Shown here piece after piece: positions 36,624 through 46,368 of a stretch of 64,000 nucleotides of DNA. The DNA is from Promethearchaeota archaeon (GTDB lineage: Archaea; Asgardarchaeota; Lokiarchaeia; Sigyniarchaeales; SOKP01), in NCBI GenBank assembly GCA_048938855.1, contig JBHLLT010000002.1:32001-96000 (forward strand), given 5' to 3'. The notes beneath the pieces are model-generated. The model was given only the letters and a program-made list of their open reading frames with translations, ran no database searches and was not told the DNA's origin. The position numbers and the translations under genes are program-made. Position 1 is the first letter of the stretch; each line of letters starts with the position of its first letter.

Positions 36624-37010
36624 CTATTCTTGTATAGTGGTTCCACAGACGGGACAAATGGCTTCTTGGTTACTTATTTCTTCTTGACAATAAGGACATT
36701 TTATTTTATTATCTTTTTCAGATTGTTCTTGTTCAATTGTTCGAAGGATTCGATTAATTTGCGTCTTGGGATCTGGAAAGTCTTCTTTCGAATTATAAAA
36801 TTCTATTCTATTTTTACATGTTGGACAAATTCTTTTTTTGAGGATAAAAAAACGATAAATTAGAAATGGAATCAATGCCAAACCTAATGAAGAAATAATA
36901 GTAAGTATCCAAACATTAAAATACATATCATTCAAAGCCCTTCTTCTTGGCTTTAAAACTTCTTTCTCACAGATAGGACAGAAGGCAAATTTCTTTCTCA
37001 CAACTATCAC
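36624..37010 (-). CDS. LITAF-like Zn/TM-hairpin protein with C-terminal zinc ribbon (divergent paralog)
   Basis: CPIC-TM-CPTC, then CPYC..CPVC. Confidence 0.6.
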   Translation of the reverse strand: MIVVRKKFAFCPICEKEVLKPRRRALNDMYFNVWILTIISSLGLALIPFLIYRFFILKKRICPTCKNRIEFYNSKEDFPDPKTQINRILRTIEQEQSEKDNKIKCPYCQEEISNQEAICPVCGTTIQE

Positions 37011-37232
37011 AAGAATTTAAAAGTATAAAAAGGTAATTGACCCCATTTCTCTCATTTTAAATAAGAGTAATCAACCAAATTAAATTTTTTGTTAGGTTTA
37101 CATAAGCATTAATTTGTTAAAATTTTAATAAGATAAGGTAATTAAAAATAAAAAAAATAAGTGTTTATTGTTAATTATTTAATCAATCTATAATGGAATT
37201 TCTTATAAAAATATAAATACCGATTTGATCTG

Positions 37233-37829
37233 ATGCAAAAACCAATATTTATTGTTCTGGAAGGAGGAGATGCAGCAGGAACAACGACACATAGCCGTCT
37301 TCTTAAAGGTTTTTTAGAAAGCCAAGGTTTTAAGGTTCACTTAACACAAGAGCCTTCTCAAAGTAAAATTGGAAAACTTTTAAGAGAATTTTTGAAAAAT
37401 AAAGATATTCCTCCTAGTACAGATGCTTTATTATTTGCTGCTGATAGAGATCTTCATTTTAACAATGAAATAAAAAAGAAACTAGAAGAAGGTTTTATAG
37501 TCATCTCTGATCGATATATAGAATCTTCAATTGTATATCAATCTGCACAATCTCATGAAATTTCAATTGGATGGGTTAAAAAAATAAATAAGTTTGTAGG
37601 TTGGCCTGATATAACTATAATTCTAGATATTGAGCCAAAAATTGCCTTAGCTCGAAAAGAAAATCAAGATCTGGAAAAATTTGAAGAGATATTATTTTTA
37701 GATAAGGTAAGAAACCTATATCTTCAGCGTGCTAAACAAGAAAACTATTATGTTATCAGTTCGGATGACATCATTGAAATTGTCCAAGAGAAAATTCAAA
37801 AGCTTATTATTGGAAAATTAAATACATGA
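37233..37829 (+). CDS. tmk: Thymidylate kinase
   Basis: LEG.D.AG.TT, T.EP, LLFAADR, SDRY..SS.VYQ. Confidence 0.93.
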   Translation: MQKPIFIVLEGGDAAGTTTHSRLLKGFLESQGFKVHLTQEPSQSKIGKLLREFLKNKDIPPSTDALLFAADRDLHFNNEIKKKLEEGFIVISDRYIESSIVYQSAQSHEISIGWVKKINKFVGWPDITIILDIEPKIALARKENQDLEKFEEILFLDKVRNLYLQRAKQENYYVISSDDIIEIVQEKIQKLIIGKLNT

Positions 37830-37927
37830 CCTAAATTATAGAATTAAATAATAAAACATATATTTTTCAAGAACATACGAGATATAGAATAACTGTTATC
37901 GACAATCAAATTTCTGGTCTACTAATT

Positions 37928-39217
37928 TTGAAAACTAGAACTTCTTCACTAGACAACATTTTTAACATTAAAAGCTTATATGAATATGTCAAGAAGTTCA
38001 GTTTTCCTCGATTAGCTGGAACGAGTGGTGAAAAAAAGGCAGTTTCTTTAACGATATCAACATTTAAAGATATTGGATTTAAAGAGGATCAAATCCAAGA
38101 AGAGCATTTTAAATTCTCTGATTTTTATTCTACTACACTAATAAAGCTTATAATGATTATTAATTTAACGTTTTCCTTATTTATTTTGATGTTTATATAC
38201 ATAAACCTGTTTATTACTATTTTTTTCGGTGGGATAATGCTACTCTTCGTTCTTTTAATTTTAAAAGGTTTAAAGCATCCCGAAATTACTGGTTTTTGGG
38301 GAGAATATTATGGAAAGACCATGTTAGCTACAAATGTTTTCGTCAACATACCAGCAAAGACTTTACCTAAAAAAGATGCTGGAAATATTATAATCTCTGC
38401 TCATCTAGATTCTAAATCACAGACTTTTAAGACTTATTGGAGAGTTATTTTCTACAAACTCTGGTTATATAGTGGAGTTTTTCTTGGTGGATTTCTTATT
38501 GCTTTATTTATTCATAACTACACGATTGTAGAAATAAATCTGTTACTTTTAGAACTTGGGATATGGATATTTACAATTTTAATCTCAATTTCAAATATAT
38601 TTTTAATTTTTTTAAATACTCATAATTATTCTCCTGGCGCGTTAGATAATGCTTCTGGAATGTCTGTTGTATTTGAATTAAGTAACTTTTTCAACAAACA
38701 TCCACTTCATAATTTCAATTTATGGATTTGCCAATTTTCTGCTGAAGAACTAGGAACAATGGGCTCTAGAATTTTTGTAAACAACCATGAACAAGAATTT
38801 ATAAAAGGTAGAGTGTTCCAAATTAATCTAGATATGATTTCATGTTTAAAACAACGCAGAAATCAAGTAGAATATCTTAAATCATATGGAATTTTACCAA
38901 GAAAAAAAATTGCATCCCTCCTCAGCAAATACCTAGAAAAAGCAGCTATTGAAGAGAAAGTAAGGATCAAAGGATTCCATTTATCTACAGGAGCGCATAC
39001 AGATTCTGTTCCATTTCATCAAAGGAAATATGACTCCGTAGACATTGCTACAAGAGCAGCAGCTAAATATGCCCATACTAAAAATGATAAGCCTTATAAA
39101 GTTGATCCACGTGTTCTTCTTGATGCTTGTTTAATCATTCGTAGAGTTATTTTTTCAATTGATGAAGATTATGAAATTTTATGTAAAAATCAAGAATTGA
39201 AATGTGAAGAAGGTTAA
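37928..39217 (+). CDS. Membrane-embedded M28 family metallopeptidase
   Basis: SAHLDS, GALDNASG, AEELG, NLDM, HT..D; TM pairs inserted. Confidence 0.85.
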   Translation: MKTRTSSLDNIFNIKSLYEYVKKFSFPRLAGTSGEKKAVSLTISTFKDIGFKEDQIQEEHFKFSDFYSTTLIKLIMIINLTFSLFILMFIYINLFITIFFGGIMLLFVLLILKGLKHPEITGFWGEYYGKTMLATNVFVNIPAKTLPKKDAGNIIISAHLDSKSQTFKTYWRVIFYKLWLYSGVFLGGFLIALFIHNYTIVEINLLLLELGIWIFTILISISNIFLIFLNTHNYSPGALDNASGMSVVFELSNFFNKHPLHNFNLWICQFSAEELGTMGSRIFVNNHEQEFIKGRVFQINLDMISCLKQRRNQVEYLKSYGILPRKKIASLLSKYLEKAAIEEKVRIKGFHLSTGAHTDSVPFHQRKYDSVDIATRAAAKYAHTKNDKPYKVDPRVLLDACLIIRRVIFSIDEDYEILCKNQELKCEEG

Positions 39218-39249
39218 TTTATTAAAGAAGTAAACATTTGATCGAGTTT

Positions 39250-39786
39250 TTACATTAAGTCTTCAATTTCTTTCTGAATTTTTTCAATATTTCTCTTTGA
39301 TTTTAGAAGTAATTGTGTTTTTCCATACTTCCGAAACCATCTATTAAATCTTTCTCGAATAGACACTTCTCTTGTACCTGCCATATGTTTATCAGCTAAA
39401 CATATGATTTTTTCTTCTAAAGTTAAAGGTAAGTAATTCTTTTCAGGTAAACCTACTTTTTTGGCATCTTCTTTATCTAAACCTCCTAAAATATGCGTTT
39501 CACAGATTCTAGCGAGCTTATTTGAAAATCCTCTTTGCTTGAGGATTTTACCTCCTATCAAAGCATGTTTAAAGCCATGAGTTTTTGTTCGACCTATATC
39601 ATGAAGTAAGGCACCTATTTCTATTAAATTTATATCAACTTGAACTTTTTTTATTTTGCGAGCAATTTCAATAGCTTTATCAGCAACTTTTTCTGAATGG
39701 CGTCTAACAGAAAGCGGAATTTTCAATTTCTTTAATAGTTCCAATGCAAATTCTCGATCGGGTAAAATTTCTTCTTTATTAGCCAT
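39250..39786 (-). CDS. HD/HDIG domain protein (TIGR00295-like)
   Basis: HS..V, LLHDIGR, H..IG, ETH..GG, EEKII..ADK. Confidence 0.88.
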   Translation of the reverse strand: MANKEEILPDREFALELLKKLKIPLSVRRHSEKVADKAIEIARKIKKVQVDINLIEIGALLHDIGRTKTHGFKHALIGGKILKQRGFSNKLARICETHILGGLDKEDAKKVGLPEKNYLPLTLEEKIICLADKHMAGTREVSIRERFNRWFRKYGKTQLLLKSKRNIEKIQKEIEDLM

Positions 39787-39918
39787 TAGTTTTTATAATT
39801 ATTCAATTCACTTTAAGTTTTAGATATTAGTAAATTTAATTTATAGAAGTTCTGACTAAGATCCTTAAAATTATTAATATTTAATTTTTAATCTATGTTA
39901 TAAAAATAGAGTATTTCA

Positions 39919-40404
39919 CTAGAATTCCTCGTAAGGACCACTAATTAAACCTCCAATAGATCCTCCTATTAATACACCAATAAAGGCACTAATAATCCCT
40001 CCCAAAGTCTCGATTAATTGGTTTCCTGTGAATAATGACATCAAATCTACTTGAGAAAAAATACTTAAGATTATCCAAATTGCTACAACTATAACAACGA
40101 TTATTGAACCAGTTATTACTCCTCTTCTAAATCCCTTTGCGATTGTACCTGAAATATATCCAATGAAAATCCATGCTAAAATTTCGGGTGCAAAAAAACC
40201 AAGGATGGTGGGAGTTCCAGTAATAAAAGAAATCATATCAAAATCAAAATTTGCTCCAACTAATAATGAGATTGATCTCAATATATCACTTCCTGCATAT
40301 AAGGCGATTTGATTAAGAATAACCGTCATATTAAAGAAAAAGGCAGAAAAGAAACTTAAAATAACCCCTAAGATAATACCAATAACTAATCGCTGAGAAG
40401 CCAT
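39919..40404 (-). CDS. Hypothetical membrane protein
   Basis: 4 Gly-rich TM segments. Confidence 0.6.
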   Translation of the reverse strand: MASQRLVIGIILGVILSFFSAFFFNMTVILNQIALYAGSDILRSISLLVGANFDFDMISFITGTPTILGFFAPEILAWIFIGYISGTIAKGFRRGVITGSIIVVIVVAIWIILSIFSQVDLMSLFTGNQLIETLGGIISAFIGVLIGGSIGGLISGPYEEF

Positions 40405-40635
40405 TATTTATACCACCTTTGAAACTAAAATATTCTTAAATATTATATTCCAAGAATTATAATAATAATTAAAATCATTTTGCACTATTAATACTTTAGT
40501 TCTTAAGGTTTTACAAAAATCTACTCAATAAAATATTAAAGTTATTATGTATTCAATATTATATTCTTGAATTCGTTGAATGGTAAAAACATATAATTAA
40601 AATTGCGTTAAAAAAAATTATATAAGGCTACAAAC

Positions 40636-41445
40636 TTGGCTCGAAAGAAAAAGAAAACAGAAGAAACGGAAGATAAGAAAAAGGATGAATTGATAGAGGA
40701 TTTTAGTGAAGATTTTGACATTGACTTTGAAGAAGATCTTGATCTGGAAGAAGAACTTGATCTATTAGATACTGAAGATATTGAAGCCGGAATTGAGGCA
40801 AAGGAACAATTAATTGATAAAGATGAAGAAAGAAAACAACTATACCTTAGTTGTGGTATTCACATTGGTACAAAATTATTAACAGGAGATGCTAGACGAT
40901 TCATTTATAGACAGACAAATTATGGATTATATGTTATTGATTTAACACAAACAGATGAACGACTACAAATTGCAGCAAAATTCTTAAGTAAATACGTAGA
41001 AGAAGGAAGTGATAGAGTTATTGTCACTTCAGTTCGACGTTATGGGAAAGAACCAGTTAAAAAATTTTGTGAAGTTTTAGGTTGTAGAGCAGTTACTTCC
41101 AGATTTATTCCAGGATCTCTTACAAATCCTATAATAGATACTTATATCAAGGATGCTAGTGTAGTCGTAATTGTTGATCCTCACGCAGATAAAGTTATTT
41201 TACGCGAGGCAAAATTAGCTCGAATCCCTGTAGTAGCTTTATTTGATACTGATGATACTCTTGATGGGATAGATCTTGCCATACCGGCGAATAATCGAGG
41301 TAAAAAAGCATTAGGTTTAACATTTTGGCTTTTAGCAAGGCAAATAATGCTAGATCTTGGTAAAATATCAAGTGAAGAAGAATTTCCATACACTTTAGAA
41401 GAATTTACTTCTAAAATTGTTCCTGTATACCGCCAAGACCAATAA
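40636..41445 (+). CDS. rps2: 30S ribosomal protein uS2 with acidic N-terminal extension
   Basis: YL..G.HIGTK, RFIPGSLTNP, DP..D, IPANN.G..AL...FWLLAR. Confidence 0.96.
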   Translation: MARKKKKTEETEDKKKDELIEDFSEDFDIDFEEDLDLEEELDLLDTEDIEAGIEAKEQLIDKDEERKQLYLSCGIHIGTKLLTGDARRFIYRQTNYGLYVIDLTQTDERLQIAAKFLSKYVEEGSDRVIVTSVRRYGKEPVKKFCEVLGCRAVTSRFIPGSLTNPIIDTYIKDASVVVIVDPHADKVILREAKLARIPVVALFDTDDTLDGIDLAIPANNRGKKALGLTFWLLARQIMLDLGKISSEEEFPYTLEEFTSKIVPVYRQDQ

Positions 41446-41594
41446 TAGTTAAAATTTAAAGATTTATTTATTATTAATTTCGCTCTCAAGTAAGTTTCTG
41501 AATTTTAAAAGAATAATCTTTTTATTTTTGAATTATTGATAAAAAATTTTTAACCATTATTGGTTTTTCATTAATTAAGTATATTGTTTATTTT

Positions 41595-42386
41595 TTGTTG
41601 ATTAGAATGAAAAAAATAATCTCATTTTCTGGAAAGGGTGGAGTTGGTAAATCCACACTACTCGTTTTAATGCTTAAATATCTTCTTGAGAAATCTAAAA
41701 ATCTCGATATTCTCGTAATTGATGCCGATCCCGATGCAAATATAGGTGATATTATTGGTAAAGAAATTCACTTTAAAGAAACCATTGGGGGTAAAATGAC
41801 TGCTCTTAAAAAAAAAATCCAAAAAAGACAAATCCCCCTTGAAGTATCCAAAGATCAAATTATTGAATCCGAAGTTTTTGAGGCATTAATTGAAATGGAT
41901 GAGTTTGATATCTTAGAAATGGGACGCGGAGAGGGTAGCGGGTGTTATTGTAGTGTGAATAATACGCTGAAACGAGTAATTGACGTATTATCCAAAAATT
42001 ATGATTATGTACTTATTGATGCTCCTGCAGGATTGGAATTTTTTGCTCGGAAAACGGGACAAAACGTTACAGATTTGGTTATAGTAAGCGATCCCTCCAA
42101 AATGGGTATCCATACAATGAAACGGATACTTGAAGTAACAAGTGAAGTCGATTTAAAATTTGAAAACATTTGGGTACTTGGAAATCGCTTTCCCGAAAAC
42201 TCTATAAGAGACATTTTAGAAAAAGAGGTAGCGGATATCGGAAAGGAACATGTAAAGCTTCTAGGTTTCATTTCAAATGACGATGAGATCAGTAAAATGA
42301 ATATAATCGGTGAAAATTTATTACACTTACCAGTTGAAAGTCTAGCTTATAAAACTGGAAAAGAATTATTTGCCAAAATTTTATGA
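41595..42386 (+). CDS. CooC/AcsF-type nickel-insertion ATPase
   Basis: GKGGVGKS, IDADPD.N, MGR.EG.GCYC, D..AGLE. Confidence 0.88.
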   Translation: MLIRMKKIISFSGKGGVGKSTLLVLMLKYLLEKSKNLDILVIDADPDANIGDIIGKEIHFKETIGGKMTALKKKIQKRQIPLEVSKDQIIESEVFEALIEMDEFDILEMGRGEGSGCYCSVNNTLKRVIDVLSKNYDYVLIDAPAGLEFFARKTGQNVTDLVIVSDPSKMGIHTMKRILEVTSEVDLKFENIWVLGNRFPENSIRDILEKEVADIGKEHVKLLGFISNDDEISKMNIIGENLLHLPVESLAYKTGKELFAKIL

Positions 42387-42388
42387 TA

Positions 42389-43048
42389 TTATAAAAATTC
42401 GTTAATTTGTTTATTTCGAAAACGTTTTTCTACTCCTCCTCTCATACCAGGAAGTTCAAAGCACTTATCAGGTATCATTTTTTTGAAAAAACTTTGATTT
42501 TCTCTTTCAGATATAAATTGCGAATTATATAATGTTTCGAAAATTTCTTTACCTGAAAATTGGATATCATTGAAATATGGAATGATTAGTCTATTTTTAC
42601 TAACATTATCCACTACCTTTTTTAGAGGTAGTTCAACTTCTTGAATTTTTCCTCTTTCATCGATAAAGCTAGTCTTTTTATCATATTCATTATATAAACA
42701 AATGATGCATTGGGGCCATCTTTGATGAAAGTAGTATAAAACTCTATCCATGACTCTGTGTCTTAATAAAACCACCCCATACAATACTCCACGATTAGTT
42801 ATTTGAGTTCTAGTGAATTGCTTTGCACGATACGCTTCAGTTCCTATTTCTCGCATCATTCGATTTATTTTTTTAGCAAATGAAGACCCAGAATTGCGAA
42901 AAATTACTTCCGGTACCTTTTTTATCTGATTAATATGATATGGATAATAATTATTATGACGTGACAAATTTTGAATTATTTCTTTATGGGAAAATCCTTT
43001 AGCTCTCCCTATAACCTCCATCGGATCTTTTTGACAGCCATTTCTCAT
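42389..43048 (-). CDS. DUF4130 (TIGR03915-like) partner of the DNA-modification radical SAM enzyme
   Basis: E..R..QF.R, YF..R.P, Y..QFI.EREN...F..MIP; directly downstream of the radical SAM gene. Confidence 0.7.
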   Translation of the reverse strand: MRNGCQKDPMEVIGRAKGFSHKEIIQNLSRHNNYYPYHINQIKKVPEVIFRNSGSSFAKKINRMMREIGTEAYRAKQFTRTQITNRGVLYGVVLLRHRVMDRVLYYFHQRWPQCIICLYNEYDKKTSFIDERGKIQEVELPLKKVVDNVSKNRLIIPYFNDIQFSGKEIFETLYNSQFISERENQSFFKKMIPDKCFELPGMRGGVEKRFRNKQINEFL

Positions 43049-43075
43049 GAGTTTTAACCTAATTATTTTTAATAA

Positions 43076-44380
43076 TTACGAAAAATTTTGAAGTGTGGTT
43101 TGCGTATTCCCATTAATGATAAGAAAGGGATCAGCACGCTTCAATACTACACCTACGGATTGAAGATCTTTTCTTTTTTTAAATACGAATTTTTTAGCTC
43201 TTAAGTTTATTATTCTTTTCGCAGAAATTGGTCCTATCCCAGGAATTCTTAATAACTCTTGATAAGACGCTTCATTAGGATTTATAGGATTATGATCTTC
43301 AAAGTATTTACGTGCTAAATGTATTTTTGGATCACCTTGAGGTAGATTTCCTTCTTCATTTAATATCTCCTCAAGATCATTTAATTTGTAATGATAGATT
43401 CGCAATAACCAATCACTTTGATATAATCGATGCTCTCTAGATAGCGGTGCTGCTTGTTTACTTCCTAAAGGTGTTCCTTCAATAGGTATAAATGAAGAAA
43501 AATAAGCTCTTCTTAGATCAATCTGTTTATAACCCCAATCTATCCTTCTAAGTAATTCACAATCAGTTTCATTTTCAGCAGCTCCTATTACAAACTGAGT
43601 TGTTTGGCCACTATTCAGTATTGGGGCTCCGTCCCACCGAAATTTTTTGTACCCATTATCTCTACGATCTTTAATCATTTTCTCTTGGAATTTCAGCTGT
43701 TTATCTTGCTTTAAGTCCTTCATGACCTTTAGTGTTTCTTCATTATGATTTGTACGAATCTGCTTTAACCAACGCTGACGTGTAATTATATCCTTATTAT
43801 AATCTTTTTGTTCAGCAATTTCTGCAAGATGAGATTTAGAAGAAGCTTCCATATTTATTGAAATACGATCAGAAAGAGTAACGGCCTCTTTAAGAAGAGA
43901 TTGGCTCACTCCCGGTAAGCATTTGAAATGTACATATCCTTGAAAATTATATTTAAATCGAAGAAGTCGAATGGCTTCAAGCATTTCTTCTGTTGTTGCA
44001 TCAGCGCTACCACACACTCCTGAAGAAATAAATACCCCCTCAGCGACATTCATCGAATAAAGTTTCATAAATGTACGCGCATATTCTTCTGGTGTAAAAC
44101 TCAACTTTTTTTTACAATTATGAGAGAAACAATATTTACAATTATAGATACATTTATTGGTATAAAGGGTTTTAAATAGACTCATACATCGCCCATCAGG
44201 AGTATAACTATGACAAATACCACCACTTTCAGTAGCACCAATCCAGCTTTTTGATTCTCCAAAAAGTTTTGGGTATTTATCGGTGCGACTAGAAGCTGTG
44301 CTAGCACAGATATCATATTTTGAATTCTGTCCCAAGATACGAATTTTTTCCAAAACAGAAGGCACTTTACCCATCAACAA
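43076..44380 (-). CDS. Putative DNA modification/repair radical SAM protein (TIGR03916-like) with HhH
   Basis: GICHSYTPDGRC.SL.K, CIYNCKYC, REHRLYQ.DWL.R.Y, LLRIPGIG..SA.RI. Confidence 0.9.
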   Translation of the reverse strand: MLMGKVPSVLEKIRILGQNSKYDICASTASSRTDKYPKLFGESKSWIGATESGGICHSYTPDGRCMSLFKTLYTNKCIYNCKYCFSHNCKKKLSFTPEEYARTFMKLYSMNVAEGVFISSGVCGSADATTEEMLEAIRLLRFKYNFQGYVHFKCLPGVSQSLLKEAVTLSDRISINMEASSKSHLAEIAEQKDYNKDIITRQRWLKQIRTNHNEETLKVMKDLKQDKQLKFQEKMIKDRRDNGYKKFRWDGAPILNSGQTTQFVIGAAENETDCELLRRIDWGYKQIDLRRAYFSSFIPIEGTPLGSKQAAPLSREHRLYQSDWLLRIYHYKLNDLEEILNEEGNLPQGDPKIHLARKYFEDHNPINPNEASYQELLRIPGIGPISAKRIINLRAKKFVFKKRKDLQSVGVVLKRADPFLIINGNTQTTLQNFS

Positions 44381-44550
44381 AGTATTATTGACATACCAAA
44401 ATTCGGTATATAAGTTTAAATCTTAAAATTTTACTTATAAAAAGAGAGGGATAAAGAATTTTCAAAAAATTATCAATATCAAAATTTAAAATTGTTTTTA
44501 TTTTATCAGATTATATTTAATACATTTTAACAAATATAGAAGAATTTAAT

Positions 44551-46368
44551 ATGCCTAAATACACTGGTGGAGAGATAATCTCCAAATACTTAATAAAAGA
44601 AGGGGTTAAATATGTAATTGGAATTCCTGGTCATGGAAATCTTCCTCTTGTAGATGCATTCTTCGAAGATAGGGACAAAATTCAATTGATTCAGCCTAAA
44701 CAAGAAATGTCTGGAGTCCATCTTGCTGTTGGTTATTATAGAATTACTGGACAACCACTTTGTGTTTTTACATCAATTGGACCTGGTGCGATTAATACAG
44801 CCATCGGAGTTGCCGATGCATATGTTGATTCTTTCCCGTGTCTAGTTATAACTGGAGATACACACGTTCATATGAGAGGAAAAGGAGTGCTTCAAGAAAT
44901 TGAGAGAAAAAAAGATTCTAGTATGCCTAAAATTTTAGAACCAATTGTAAAACGCTCTTTCGAGGTTGATATGGTAGAACAACTAGCAACAATTATGCAG
45001 AGAGCCTTTAATATTATGTTAACAGGAAGGAAAGGACCAGTTCATATCGATCTTCCCATGGATGTACAAGCGAATTCTATCGAAACTGAGATTCCGAACC
45101 CTCTTGAGAGAAGATCACTTGGACGAATAAGGGGAGATCCTATGCTAATAAAGAAAGCAGCACAACTAATTAAAGAATCAGAAAGACCCGTTTTATTCAT
45201 AGGTGGAGGTGCGATCGATTCAAATGCTAGTAAAGAAATTAAAGAATTAGCTGAAAAAATCGGTGCTGCAGTAGTAGTTACCATGATGGGAAAAGATATT
45301 ATTGATAATTCTCATCCACTTTATTGTTGGTCCGCAGGTTCAAAAGGTACCACAATAGGATTGAAAATGACTTCAAACGCTGATGTTATTCTCGCAGTGG
45401 GTTGTAGATTTGCAGATGAAACTACGAGTTCATATAAAGAGGGAGTAAGTTTTTCCATTCCACCAACAAAATTGATTCATATTGATATAGATCCTTATGA
45501 GATTGGAAAGAATTACCCAGTAAATGTAGGAATCGTAGGTGATGCAAAAGCGTGTCTTACTCAAATTTTAGAAGAATTATCAGATTATTCAAGGAATTAT
45601 ACGAATTCAGATTACTTTAAAGAAATTCAAGAAGAAAAAAATAAGTGGTTTAAATTTCTTGAAGAAAATCGATATGATTCAAAAACTCCCGTTATGATCT
45701 CTACTGTGTTAAGAGAAGTAAGAAGCTTTTTTGATAAAGATGCTATTATAGTAACAAGTTCTGGAAATGTACAAGCTCAAATGCTTCAAGAATTAGAATT
45801 TTATGAACCCAAGACGTGTCTTACTGCTGGAGGCTTCTCAACAATGGGGTATAGTGTTCCAGCAGCAATTGGGGCTAAACTTGGAACAATTGATATTGGA
45901 AAACCTAATCGCCAAGTTGCTACCTTAGTTGGAGATGGAGATTTTATGATGACTATTTCTGAATTATCAATGGCAGTTCAATTAGGATTGAATAATATTT
46001 TTTTCATTATCCTCAATAACCATGGTTGGATTGCAATAAAGGATTTACAACAAGCTGCATTTGGTGTAGATAGGGGTTATGGAACTGCTTTTGAGGATAA
46101 ACTAGGAAATTCATACTCTCCTAATTTTGCTAAAATTGCTGAAGCTTTTGGGTGTTACTCTGAACAAATTTCCAAAAAGGAAGAGATAATCCCCGCTCTA
46201 GAAAGAGCCAGTAAATCAAAAAAACCAGTTGTAATAGAGATTCTGGTAAATCGGGAATACCCCTTTACTGGGTCTCCAGCTGTTGGTTGGTGGGATGTTC
46301 CAATACCAACTTATTTGAAGGATCGAAGGAAGAAATATGAAGAAGAAATCAAGGGAGAAAAGATTTAA
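44551..46368 (+). CDS. ThDP-dependent enzyme (acetolactate synthase-like superfamily)
   Basis: GIPGHGN, GPGA.N, GPVHIDLP, MGY..PAAIG, GDGDF...NN. Confidence 0.88.
   Translation: MPKYTGGEIISKYLIKEGVKYVIGIPGHGNLPLVDAFFEDRDKIQLIQPKQEMSGVHLAVGYYRITGQPLCVFTSIGPGAINTAIGVADAYVDSFPCLVITGDTHVHMRGKGVLQEIERKKDSSMPKILEPIVKRSFEVDMVEQLATIMQRAFNIMLTGRKGPVHIDLPMDVQANSIETEIPNPLERRSLGRIRGDPMLIKKAAQLIKESERPVLFIGGGAIDSNASKEIKELAEKIGAAVVVTMMGKDIIDNSHPLYCWSAGSKGTTIGLKMTSNADVILAVGCRFADETTSSYKEGVSFSIPPTKLIHIDIDPYEIGKNYPVNVGIVGDAKACLTQILEELSDYSRNYTNSDYFKEIQEEKNKWFKFLEENRYDSKTPVMISTVLREVRSFFDKDAIIVTSSGNVQAQMLQELEFYEPKTCLTAGGFSTMGYSVPAAIGAKLGTIDIGKPNRQVATLVGDGDFMMTISELSMAVQLGLNNIFFIILNNHGWIAIKDLQQAAFGVDRGYGTAFEDKLGNSYSPNFAKIAEAFGCYSEQISKKEEIIPALERASKSKKPVVIEILVNREYPFTGSPAVGWWDVPIPTYLKDRRKKYEEEIKGEKI

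Noticed and set aside
43620-43770. In-frame intron or intein in the radical SAM insertion
   Set aside because: The segment is open, has normal coding composition, shows no BHB fold that I can find and has no intein terminal motifs.
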